Translations under genes and position numbers: made by a program | NCBI RefSeq assembly: GCF_001194135.2 | Contig: NC_068999.1 | Coordinates: forward strand, 26,993,858 to 27,031,518 | From: Octopus bimaculoides | Taxonomy: Eukaryota | Length of the DNA stretch: 37,661 nucleotides | Reading direction: 5' to 3' | In this document: in pieces, positions 20,735-30,973 of the stretch | Position numbering within the stretch: the stretch's first letter is position 1 | How the letters are laid out: each line of letters starts with the position of its first letter | The notes under the pieces: generated by a model | Databases searched by the model: none | Told to the model about the DNA's origin: nothing | What the model saw: only the letters and a program-made list of their open reading frames with translations

Positions 20735-22487
20735 ACACACGGACACACTCATACACCCCACAAAGACGCGTATATTTATTCTTACTGATCCACAAAATAG
20801 TATTGTAAGCTCATACAGAGATAACGTTTCCTATTATTATGCTCGCTACAAGCATTCATTTAGCCATCATGTATTACATTCGTTAACGAAAGGAAATTCA
20901 TATACATACTAATCGCCTTTACAGTCATATGCATAAATTATTATTCTTGTCATAAAACTCCATTATATTGCTGTTGCTGTTACACGTGAGTGTTATAGAA
21001 ACTTTGTCGGTACACATACGCACATAAATTCACGTACATATTTTACTATTGTATATAAAACTGTCATGATGTTATTAGCCATAGATACAGAGACACGCGC
21101 AATAACATTTATTTATCCGTCGGGTTATTTATGTTTTACAAACAAAATATGTTATTTAGCCTTTTATTACATTCATTAAATACATTATAATTTGACCACA
21201 CATCGCAAACAAACACACACGCACACAATACATGTGTAAATTTGAAATAAGAGATATCAGATCCGTGCACTATATTTAAAATTATGTTAAGCTGAATGAT
21301 TTTAGACATTGTAAATATCGGTTTGAAACAGAAGAGAGAAAAAAAATCCGATCACATGAAGTGAACCGTGCAAATATCGTTTTTCAAGTTATTTCAGTAT
21401 GACAGTCACTTTTGTCAAAAAGTGATACTTATGACGATGAATATATGCTTTATTGAAATCTCAGCAGTTAATTATTATCCATTTTAAAATGAATAACTGA
21501 TTGTACCAACCCTACGTATTTCTTGTATGTAGTAAACTGGTTCACATTCATTTATTTATAATTTATTTGGTGAAGTAGAAATAAACCCACAAAAATAAGT
21601 GAGTTTATTAGTTGAAAAAGATATACTCACAACGTATTTAGTTCATTGTTTGATATACTATTGATATATTGGGTATATAGAGTAGAAGAATGATGAATAA
21701 AATCTAAAAAGAAATGCTTACTATTAGAAGCTTTTCGCTATATATTTCTAAATGTACTTAAGCGTTTGAACATTTCCCATACTAGAATTACTGACTGTTG
21801 AGTAATGCTCTGGGCGATAGATCTACGTTTTTTAATCCTGGTAAATATCTACCTTAAAATCATTACACTGTGAATAATCAAACAAAAATCTTATAATGTA
21901 TCCGGTCTTGGAGCAATTTCAAGTATTCAATGCTTTGTTTTTATCTGCCCAACAATGACCAACCTTCATTTTAATTGGGAATATAAAAAAAAAACATACG
22001 TCAGAGCTATACGTTTTCGATATCATCTCAGAAGTTTTGTATTATTTGTCACATTGCGTTTAGATAAAGACTCTCCACTGAAATATTGTAAGAAATTCTC
22101 ATATTTATCTATAACAGTGCGACTGACATATCAAAGCGTACTACAGGCTACATCTTGTGAAAGTAGGTAACAGACAGCAGGATATTCTATATCAGGATAA
22201 TATTCCTCGATGTTTTACCAAATGAGATGAACATCTTGAGCTCATCGATCCCTTGATGGATGGCTTATGTTTCAAAAAGAATAATATTAATGGCTGTTAA
22301 CAATGATGAAGAAAATATGTTCTCAAATGCAACCTGCGTGATACATTTCAATGCCTGTTCGATAAAAATAGGATATGCATGTATAGTATATGGATAGAGA
22401 TCAAGAGTTCGCCGTTCATGTTTGAATCAATGCAAAAAGGTTTTCCTTTTCCTTAGTGTATGCATGTATATGTGAGTGTATGTGTGT

Positions 22488-22762
22488 GGCGGCGCAATGG
22501 CCCAATGGTTAGGGCAGCGGACTCGCAGTCATAGGATCTCGGTTTCGATTCCCAGACCGGGCATTGTGAGTGTTTATTGAGCGAAAACACCTAAAGCTCC
22601 ACGAGGCTCCGGCAGGGGATAGTGGTGAACCCTGCTGTACTCTTTCACCACAACTTTCTCTCACTCTTACTTCCTGTTTCTGTTGTGCCTGTAATTCAAA
22701 GGGTCAGCCTTGTCACACTGTGTCACGCTGAATATCCCCGAGAACTACGTTAAGGGTACACG
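22488..22762 (+). mobile_element. tRNA(Arg)-like-headed SINE (second family; 3' end in the gap)
   Basis: A box TGGCCCAATGG (22498-22508), GGACTCGCAGTC anticodon-arm remnant and B box GGTTTCGATTCCC (22541-22553), followed by a non-tRNA body. The acceptor stem does not close. Confidence 0.8.
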
Positions 22763-23004
22763 NNNNNNNNNNNNNNNNNNNNNNNNNNNNNNNNNNNNNN
22801 NNNNNNNNNNNNNNNNNNNNNNNNNNNNNNNNNNNNNNNNNNNNNNNNNNNNNNNNNNNNNNNNNNNNNNNNNNNNNNNNNNNNNNNNNNNNNNNNNNNN
22901 NNNNNNNNNNNNNNNNNNNNNNNNNNNNNNNNNNNNNNNNNNNNNNNNNNNNNNNNNNNNNNNNNNNNNNNNNNNNNNNNNNNNNNNNNNNNNNNNNGTA
23001 TGGA

Positions 23005-23078
23005 AGGTTAAGAGAATGCGAGACGTGGATTCAGTTAAGAGAATGCGAGACGGTTAAGAGAATGGGAGACGTGGATGC
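23005..23078. repeat. Minisatellite of GTTAAGAGAATGCGAGACG(TGGAT) units
   Basis: Three units visible after the gap. Confidence 0.8.
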
Positions 23079-23719
23079 ATTTAGGCAACAGCATGTTCTC
23101 AGCTTGACAGAAAATAAATTTCCGTTTGTTTATAATTGTTTGGTTGAATATTTGTCCCAAAATTAAAATTGTAGTTAGTGGATAACGATCAGGACAAAAG
23201 AAAAAAAAAAAAGGACAGTAAAAAAAAAAAAAATCAGTCAACGACATTCAGAAAGCGTGATCATGCTTTTGAGCTACTCCTATCAACAAAATTCTAAGTC
23301 GTATTAATAACATCATCACAATTAGTTTGGCAGGGCAGTGAGAATCATTTGGCAAGTGACATGATAGAAAGTATCAAGTCGCTATATAAGTGCCTCATCC
23401 CTAAGAATTTAGGCTTCTTAGAATCCGAGAAATGATAAAAAGAAAAATGTGACTGAAACGTGATTTTTTATTTTCGGACATCATTCGTGTTGTGTTTCAA
23501 ACATTTGGGCCAATATATATGGCGGCCTGCAAAAATGGTCAGTTTCGGATTGAATTGAAATGCAGCGCCAGCAGGTCATTCATTATTCACAATCTCTTGA
23601 ACAAAGGGTAGAGACGTAGAAGCGGGTCCTTCGTCAATGAATGGATCTTTGAAACACTTAATATTGATAGTATAACGCTGCCCTTTCATAAGTAGGACGT
23701 AATATTTGGGAATACAATT

Positions 23720-23892
23720 AAGGCGGCGAGGTGGCAGAATCGTTATTGCGCCGGAAAAATGCTTAGTGGCATTTTTTCCGAGTTTATGTTCTGAGTTCAA
23801 ATGGCGTCGACCTTGCCTTTCATCCTTTTGGGGTCGATAAACTAAGTACCAGTTGACTTACCCACTTCCCCTAGCCTTGTACCAAAATTTGA
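23720..23892 (+). mobile_element. tRNA-derived SINE (family of 18128-18330)
   Basis: AAGGCGGCGAGGTGGCAGAATCG head, B box GAGTTCAAAT, central GTCGACCTTGCCTTTCATCCTTTTGGGGTCGATAAACTAAGTACCAG, tail GCCTTGTACCAAAATTTGA. Confidence 0.85.
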
Positions 23893-24511
23893 TTTAGGAA
23901 TACAACGGAGACTTTATACGGCTCCAGATATGGTAAGTAAAGTGTTTTTCTGAAGACATCAAAATTTTCTGAAGACATCAAAATTTTGAGGTTATTACTA
24001 ACCGTGCGTACCAGTGTGCGCGCAAACACACATACACATAGGTTTATAATATATACAGTATTCACATATTAATGTATGTTCGAACATATGTAGGGGTATA
24101 TCCGTAAATGACTGTATTCGTGTTGCTCCTTTTTAATATTAACTATATATAAATATACAAGTATTTACACGTTTGTCTTGGTGTACATCTGCATGTGTGT
24201 GTTTGTATGCTTATGAATTTATGTGCATGTGTGTGCATGTGTGTGTGTGTGTGCGTGCGTGCGTGTACGTGCGCGTGTAGCCTGCGGGCTAAATTAGGAA
24301 ACAACCTTTAGTCACAGTTTTAAGTCGATAGTCACATAAATATGTCAATTTTTCAGTCGATAGTCACATAAATATGTCAATTTTCATTTTGATGTGAAAA
24401 TTCGTTATCTTCATTAACGATTCCAAATCTGACCCCACACTATATATGATTGATTTTGATAATTAATTATAAAACGTTTGATGGTAAGTTAAATTCTTTT
24501 TAAGATTTGTA

Positions 24512-24537
24512 GAAGATTTATGTAGCACGATATATAC

Positions 24538-24574
<37 letters not shown>

Positions 24575-24767
24575 CACACAAAGGCATGCAGGTACTATAC
24601 TTATGTATGTGTGTGCGTGTCTGTATGTGTGAATATAGATGTAGATATGTATATATGTGCATATATATGTATATGTGTGTATATAAATATGTGTATATAA
24701 TTATATACATATGTATATGTACATATACGTGTACACATATATATACATACATATATATATATACATA
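24512..24767. repeat. AT-rich compound (TA)/(TATG)/(CA) simple repeat
   Basis: Direct reading. Confidence 0.85.
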
Positions 24768-24798
24768 TAGGTGTTTCCAATATTTTATTCAACCCCTG
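24768..24798. mobile_element. Orphan right-hand Tc1 TIR followed by TA
   Basis: TAGGTGTTTCCAATATTTTATTCAACCCCTG|TA matches 26063-26093 at 28 of 31 positions, in the same orientation. Confidence 0.8.
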
Positions 24799-24993
24799 TA
24801 TATATAAATATATATATATATATATANNNNNNNNNNNNNNNNNNNNNNNNNNNNNNNNNNNNNNNNNNNNNNNNNNNNNNNNNNNNNNNNNNNNNNNNNN
24901 NNNNNNNNNNNNNNNNNNNNNNNNNNNNNNNNNNNNNNNNNNNNNNNNNNNNNNNNNNNNNNNNNNNNNNNNNNNNNNNNNNNNNNNNNNNNN

Positions 24994-26093
24994 ATTACAG
25001 CTTGAATTCTATGAGGTATGGACTCGTACAAAGTTTGAATTGTATTCAAAGGAATTTTTGTCCATTCTTCAACTAGAACAGTCTCCAGTTCTTGTAGTGA
25101 TGATGGTGGAGGATATCGACTCCTTACTTGTTTTTCTAAAATGCACCATAAATATTCAATAATATTGAAATCTGTGGACCGTGGTGGCCAGATAAGATGG
25201 TGCATTATCATCCTGAAAGATTGCGTTTCCCTCCGATAGGATGAATTTGATCACATAAAATACTTTAAATAGCCTTGACTATTAATTCTGCTATGGAGGG
25301 AACCATTGGGTAGGCGGAGTTTCAAGATATAGCCCCAACAAATCATTACAGATTTTCTTTCCATGTTTAACAGTTGGGTCAAATGCTTCTTTTGGCTGTC
25401 TCTACACGTATACTCGGCCGGTGGTCGGAAATAAGGTAAAGGATGACTCGTCCGAGAAAATAACATTCTTCCTCGGCTCTAGGGACCAATTCTGTAGGTT
25501 TTTACTCCACTCTAACCGCTTTGCAACGTTTCTTTTTGAAAGTAGTAGTTTTCTGATTGCAGCCCTTCTTTGAAATCCAGCTTTGTGCAGCTCTCAGCGA
25601 ATAGTTTTTGTGGAAACTGTGTTCTCGAAGTGGTCATTAAGCTCTGCAGTAATTTTGGGAGCTATACTTTTGTGATCCTTTCTAACAATTCCCGTACGAG
25701 TTGGACGGTCCCTATCTGAAAGTTTGGTTTTCTTCCGGAATTTTGTTTTGACTAGGAGGTTTCTCCCTCTTTCTCAAATGTTGTCATTACTTTCGAGACA
25801 ATACTTCTTGATACACCAAACATTTCGGCTGTTTTCGTTACGCTAGCGCCTGCCATACGAGCACCAACAATTTGACCTATTTGAAAATCCGATAGATCTG
25901 TCATTTTAATGAACTTTAATTACCTTTTTCTGAAGATATCTGAAAAGAAATAGCAATTTTAGCAAAACATATTAAGTAGCACTAATAATAAATCAAAGAA
26001 CATAAAAATTAACAAGCTTTTAACGGTTTTATAGATATTTCAAAATTATGATGCTATGGTGCTAGGTGTTTCCATTATTTTGTCCAACCCCTG
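24994..26093 (-). mobile_element. Tc1 (DD34E-type) DNA transposon with a pseudogenised transposase; the 3' TIR is presumably in the gap
   Basis: 5' TIR TA|CAGGGGTTGGACAAAATAATGGAAACACC at 26093 going down. ATG at 25904: MTDLSDFQIGQIVGARMAGASVTKTAEMFGVSRS (HTH); VIFSDESSF; VMICWG; FQDDNAP; WPPRSTDFNIIEYLW; LYESIPHRIQAV. A deletion joins DDNAP almost directly to HLIWPP. Confidence 0.92.
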
Positions 26094-26125
26094 TATCTAT
26101 ATACATGTGTGTGTGTATATTTGTG

Positions 26126-26325
26126 TGTCTGTGGCTGTACCTCCCCATCGGTTGACAACCGATGTTGGTGTGTTTACGCCTCCGTAAACTAGCGGTTCGG
26201 TAAAAGAGACAGATAGAATAAATAACAGTCTTACAAAGAATAAGTCCTGGGCTAGATTTGTTCGAGTAAAGGCGGTGTTCCATCATGGCCGCAGTCAAAT
26301 GAATGATGCAAAAAAGTATCAAAGA
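26126..26325 (+). mobile_element. SINE-like dispersed repeat, 3' portion
   Basis: GTGTTTACG..CCGTAA..TAGCGGTTCGG.AAAAGAGAC.GATAGAATAA...GAATAAGTCCTGGG..GATTTG.TCGA.TAAAGGCGGTG.TCCA.CATGGCCGCAGTC resembles a common octopus repeat body as I recall it; not verified. Confidence 0.5.
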
Positions 26326-27399
26326 ATATATATATATTATTATATAACTGAACGCCACGCATCATCTTCCAAGTAAGTTTTATCTTAATATTCTGATGCG
26401 CACTCTCTACAATCTTTTTACTCTTTCGTTTTTCTCCCTTTGTCTCCCTTATTCTTTTAGCTCCTCTTGTCTCACTTTTCTATCCTATTATTTTGTCACT
26501 CTCTCTCCCTCACTCCTCCTCCTTTGCTCACGTGGCTCCCACGTGACCATCGGCCATCTTTCTTTCCTCTCCTAACTTGTGTTTTTTTCTTTCTCTCCGT
26601 TGTAGCTGGAACAAGGAAGACGTGTTCTTGTCTGCCTACTGTCCAAGCTTGATTTACGCGTTCGCCACCACAACCACGTCTAGGTTTAGAAGCCCTTCCT
26701 GTTTGTTTTCACTGTCCTGTTTGTGTTATCAATTTTGACCCTACCAAAATCCCAAATTTTGACCCTCCGCAAAATCCCGTTTTCTGTTTTCGTTTTTATG
26801 TTTTCGTTTCTCATTGTGTTTAACGTTTTTTTTAATGTCCTGTACCCATATATGCATGTATGTATACACATAGATGTAGATATGTACATATATGTATGGA
26901 TATATGCATATATTTATNNNNNNNNNNNNNNNNNNNNNNNNNNNNNNNNNNNNNNNNNNNNNNNNNNNNNNNNNNNNNNNNNNNNNNNNNNNNNNNNNNN
27001 NNNNNNNNNNNNNNNNNNNNNNNNNNNNNNNNNNNNNNNNNNNNNNNNNNNNNNNNNNNNNNNNNNNNNNNNNNNNNNNNNNNNNNNNNNNNNNNNNNNN
27101 NNNNNNNNNNNNNNNNNNNNNNNNNNNNNNNNNNNNNNNNNNNNNNNNNNNNNNNNNNNNNNNNNNNNNNNNNNNNNNNNNNNNNNNNNNNNNNNNNNNN
27201 NNNNNNNNNNNNNNNNNNNNNNNNNNNNNNNNNNNNNNNNNNNNNNNNNNNNNNNNNNNNNNNNNNNNNNNNNNNNNNNNNNNNNNNNNNNNNNNNNNNN
27301 NNNNNNNNNNNNNNNNNNNNNNNNNNNNNNNNNNNNNNNNNNNNNNNNNNNNNNNNNNNNNNNATATATATATATATAGGTTAAAAAAACACAAAAAAC

Positions 27400-28400
27400 A
27401 ATAACAAAAAAAACAACAAAGTGAGTACGTGACTATATATAGTTAATAAAACATATATCAGAAAAGAAGCTCACCCTAAATAGAGCAGTAATTATTTCAA
27501 CAAAAATCTAAATTTTAAACACAGAGTTACCAAAGGTTTCGTATCCACAAAGGCAAAGCCTTGTGGACACCTCGTCAGACACTATACAAAGACAAAAAAA
27601 ATATAATTTTCTACGTCGCAGACGTGAAGAAAGGCTCAGAAATCGAGGTTTAAGTCTTACTATATGTAAACGTTAATGATGATGGGTTGTCTCCTCTGAA
27701 CCACAGGATAAAACAACCTTTATAGACCCGAAGAAGTCTAATCAGCAAACGGGGAGATACAATTTTCCAGCAGGTAACGCTTGAAGTGGACACATTTAGA
27801 AAAAACTTCTTTACGACTATTTAACACGCCAGATTTAGTATAATCCTTAAGAAGTTTGGCTCTCTCTGCGATGCAGATTTTGCACGGCCACTCCCATTAA
27901 TACATAAGCCTGGATGATCTATTATTTTCTACAGATATTATACGGGATCCCTTGGTCTTTGAGGTGCCAGACATGACGGGCTAGGGACGTGATAAACCGT
28001 CTTTCTGGCACTCTGAAGGATGACTGGTGGTTGTGGAAGCGACGTTTGAAAGATGGACTAGCATATCCAATATATTTTCAAACTTGGGATGTGGCTATAT
28101 TCGCATTCCCGGTATATCCCTGATAGGCTCCGGGTCTGGGGATGCTGTTGGCAACACCGTTGCTGACGCAGTCGATATGGCGCAAGGATCCGGTGGTGTT
28201 ATCAGTACTCGTCATATGGTTGGCGATGTAGCTGCCGGCGTTTGTGTGGGTGCAGCTGGCGGTGACATATGGTGCGGGGCAGTCATCCAATCGGTGTGGA
28301 TGATAATTGTTCATTCACTACAGCTGTTTCCAATGAATATTTTTCTTAATTGATGAATAGAAATATTACACCATGTAATGGTGAATATACACGAATTACA
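27400..28400 (-). mobile_element. Penelope-like element remnant: GIY-YIG endonuclease C-terminal region plus 3' pLTR-like tail
   Basis: Minus strand: LRKIFIGNSCS; AYQG..*KYIGYASPSFKRRFHNHQSSFR..TSLARHVWHLKDQGIPYNI; after a frameshift, KICIAERAKLL..LNSRKEVFSKCVHFKRYLLEN, with a stop at ~27738. This is the Penelope EN signature. The left boundary is approximate. Confidence 0.85.
27520..27586 (-). ncRNA. Putative type I hammerhead ribozyme in the Penelope 3' tail
   Basis: Minus strand: UAUAGUGU CUGACGA G GUGUCCACAAGGC UUU GCCUUUGUGGAUAC GAAA CC UUU GG UA ACUCUGUG. Core intact, ~13-bp stem II, 3-bp stem III, GUA triplet (plus strand 27528-27530), stem I with 7 of 8 pairs including G.U. Confidence 0.75.
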
Positions 28401-29899
28401 CATTTAGAACATTCCAAAAGTCATCAGATTGTGTCACTTCATGATTCCCTGACTAGTAATAGTCAAAAGAATGAATTCGCTTGCTCAGGTTATGCTTTGT
28501 CGACGCCCCAGACGAAGAAGTAGGATCACCCAAGACATATAAATAGAGGTAGTCGGGCCATGGTAGGAGTGTTGAGTAGCAGTCGAGTAGCAGTTGTGTA
28601 GTGGTTGAGTAGAGATCATCCGAAGGTGCTAGATAGCAGTAACGTTGAGACATAACAGGTTAGTAGTTAATATAGGGAAAACATTACGGTGACAAGAATT
28701 GAGGAGGATAGCATTTATAGCAGTAGAGAAAAGGGTATAATGATATTCGATGCAATAATCAGAGTAACTATTCTGATCTCGTGAGATTTTACAACTAGCT
28801 ATTTTGCTTGTTGTAAATCCGTGACCGATCGTCGCTTTGTTTACAATATATTGATGGCTGGAGCGGACCCTGGCTACCGCTCTGGCGACCAGGTACTCGC
28901 GAATGAAGATGAGCCAACCAGCACAAAACAGTCAGTCTCGCGATGCTGTTATCTGCTATAGGATGGTAGGGATTCGTTCCCCCTGCTAGCAATATATATT
29001 GCATATAAAGCGTGCAGCGCCGCACCTATAACCAGCTAATGGAAGATCTGCCTGGCGTTAAACTAATAGTAACGTAGAACAGCCACTTTGATGTGGCGAT
29101 TGACTTTATATATATATATATATATATATNNNNNNNNNNNNNNNNNNNNNNNNNNNNNNNNNNNNNNNNNNNNNNNNNNNNNNNNNNNNNNNNNNNNNNN
29201 NNNNNNNNNNNNNNNNNNNNNNNNNNNNNNNNNNNNNNNNNNNNNNNNNNNNNNNNNNNNNNNNNNNNNNNNNNNNNNNNNNNNNNNNNNNNNNNNNNNN
29301 NNNNNNNNNNNNNNNNNNNNNNNNNNNNNNNNNNNNNNNNNNNNNNNNNNNNNNNNNNNNNNNNNNNNNNNNNNNNNNNNNNNNNNNNNNNNNNNNNNNN
29401 NNNNNNNNNNNNNNNNNNNNNNNNNNNNNNNNNNNNNNNNNNNNNNNNNNNNNNNNNNNNNNNNNNNNNNNNNNNNNNNNNNNNNNNNNNNNNNNNNNNN
29501 NNNNNNNNNNNNNNNNNNNNNNNNNNNNNNNNNNNNNNNNNNNNNNNNNNNNNNNNNNNNNNNNNNNNNNNNNNNNNNNNNNNNNNNNNNNNNNNNNNNN
29601 NNNNNNNNNNNNNNNNNNNNNNNNNNNNNNNNNNNNNNNNNNNNNNNNNTATATATATATATATATATATATGCACTTGGATGGGCATGAACAAGGTGAA
29701 AGATATCATTTCTGAGTGTGAAAGTGTTTAATATATGTGGGTTGAAGTGTGAAAATATTTCAGGAAAGAAGGAGTGGTTGAAAATAATATTGGAAAATAA
29801 GATTAAAAAACGCAAAGAAAATGCTGAATATTACACAACAATAGTAAAAGGCCCCGAGAGTTTTGCAAATAGACCAGGGAAGAGCAAGAGCCTTATAAT

Positions 29900-30571
29900 A
29901 ATTCTGCTTGTCATTGCGTTACCCAGCCCGTCGGTAACGCTTTCACGTGATTAGAGAAAAAGAGGGAGAGAGAAAGAGGGAGGGAGAAAAAGAGAAAGAG
30001 AGAAGCATCCATAACGTGAGGTAGAGGGAATATAATTGTAACGCTTTCACGTGATTAGTTGAAGGGGAAGAGAGAAGGGAACAGGAGAGAGAAAAAGAGG
30101 ATAAGGCGAAGAGGAGGGAGAGACATGATGATGATGGTGGTGGTGGTGGTGTTGGTGATTGAATAGTGAAAAGTGTATTGTTTTTTAATTGAACAAAATT
30201 TTTTATATTACCTATCATTTAACGCATGCGCATAAGTGCAATTCCATGAAATATTCACGCTTATTTACGATGCAAATATTTTCAATTTAATCAAAGGTTG
30301 TATCATATGTACGGGATATTTTTTCTCTTTTGATTATGGGAAAAATGGAAAAATAAGAATGAACATTTGTTTTATGAGTGTTGTGTATTCAGTCTAAAAT
30401 TGTGCATAAAGTATATAAAATGTATATATAAAGTGCATGTTTCAATGAGCAGTAAATGAGTGACTATCTTTCCTTTCAGACACACACAACAAAGGCTATT
30501 TTGATAAAATTTTCAGAAATAACCCAATAGGTTTACCATTAATTCCGTGGAATATTCATGGGTCCCGCTAG
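29900..30571 (+). mobile_element. Possible non-autonomous Helitron (3' terminus visible, 5' end uncertain)
   Basis: Hairpin CCGTGGA-ATA-TTCATGG (30545-30561) lies 6 nt before CTAG (30568-30571), followed by T: the canonical Helitron 3' signature. Internal repeat TAACGCTTTCACGTGATTAG occurs twice, with a purine-rich tract. Confidence 0.45.
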
Positions 30572-30830
30572 TCTTGAATAATTCACGAAGAAGAGATACC
30601 TGATATGAGACTTCAGTTTTTGCTTTAAACGTATCACTCAAACTGTTCATTGGTTGAAGGAGCCTTTGCGAGTGAACCTTGAAGCCCTAGTCAAATAAAT
30701 ATTATGAATGAATTTTACTCTACAAAATGTATGGTGTTCTAGCACCGTAAATGTTTTTTGTTTTCTACAAGTTGCTCAACAATACTGAAAAGTACGTGTA
30801 TACACACAAGCGCATACATAAACACATATA

Positions 30831-30914
30831 TTCTCTCTCTTTCTCTCTCTCGCTCGCTCTCTCTCGCTCGCTCTCTCTCGCTCGCTCTCTCTCGCTCGCT
30901 CTCTCTCGCTCGCT

Positions 30915-30968
<54 letters not shown>
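30831..30968. repeat. (CT)n/(CTCG)n microsatellite
   Basis: Direct reading. Confidence 0.95.

Positions 30969-30973
<5 letters not shown>

Noticed and set aside
21930-22460. Possible host exon or pseudogene (ORF 21955-22170)
   Set aside because: Stops in all frames, no recognisable domain and no clear splice pair.
22488-22560. tRNA-Arg gene
   Set aside because: A and B boxes are present, but the acceptor and anticodon stems do not close and the sequence continues into a SINE body.
23946-24385. Short tandem duplications (20 bp at about 23946-23987; 31-32 bp at 24323-24385) as CRISPR-like repeats
   Set aside because: Adjacent two-copy slippage duplications without spacers, in a eukaryotic context.
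26340-26840. CT-rich repeat resembling a Penelope-type tail
   Set aside because: No hammerhead core, no coding remnant and no second copy in the window, so it cannot be assigned.
28027-28353. GC-rich ORFs 28027-28353 (+) and 28078-28314 (-) as a novel gene
   Set aside because: They overlap the decayed Penelope linker and endonuclease region and are alternative frames of it.
28405-28430. Second hammerhead core (minus strand CTGATGA-CTTTTG-GAAT)
   Set aside because: One-bp stem II, no GAAA, and no stem I or III.
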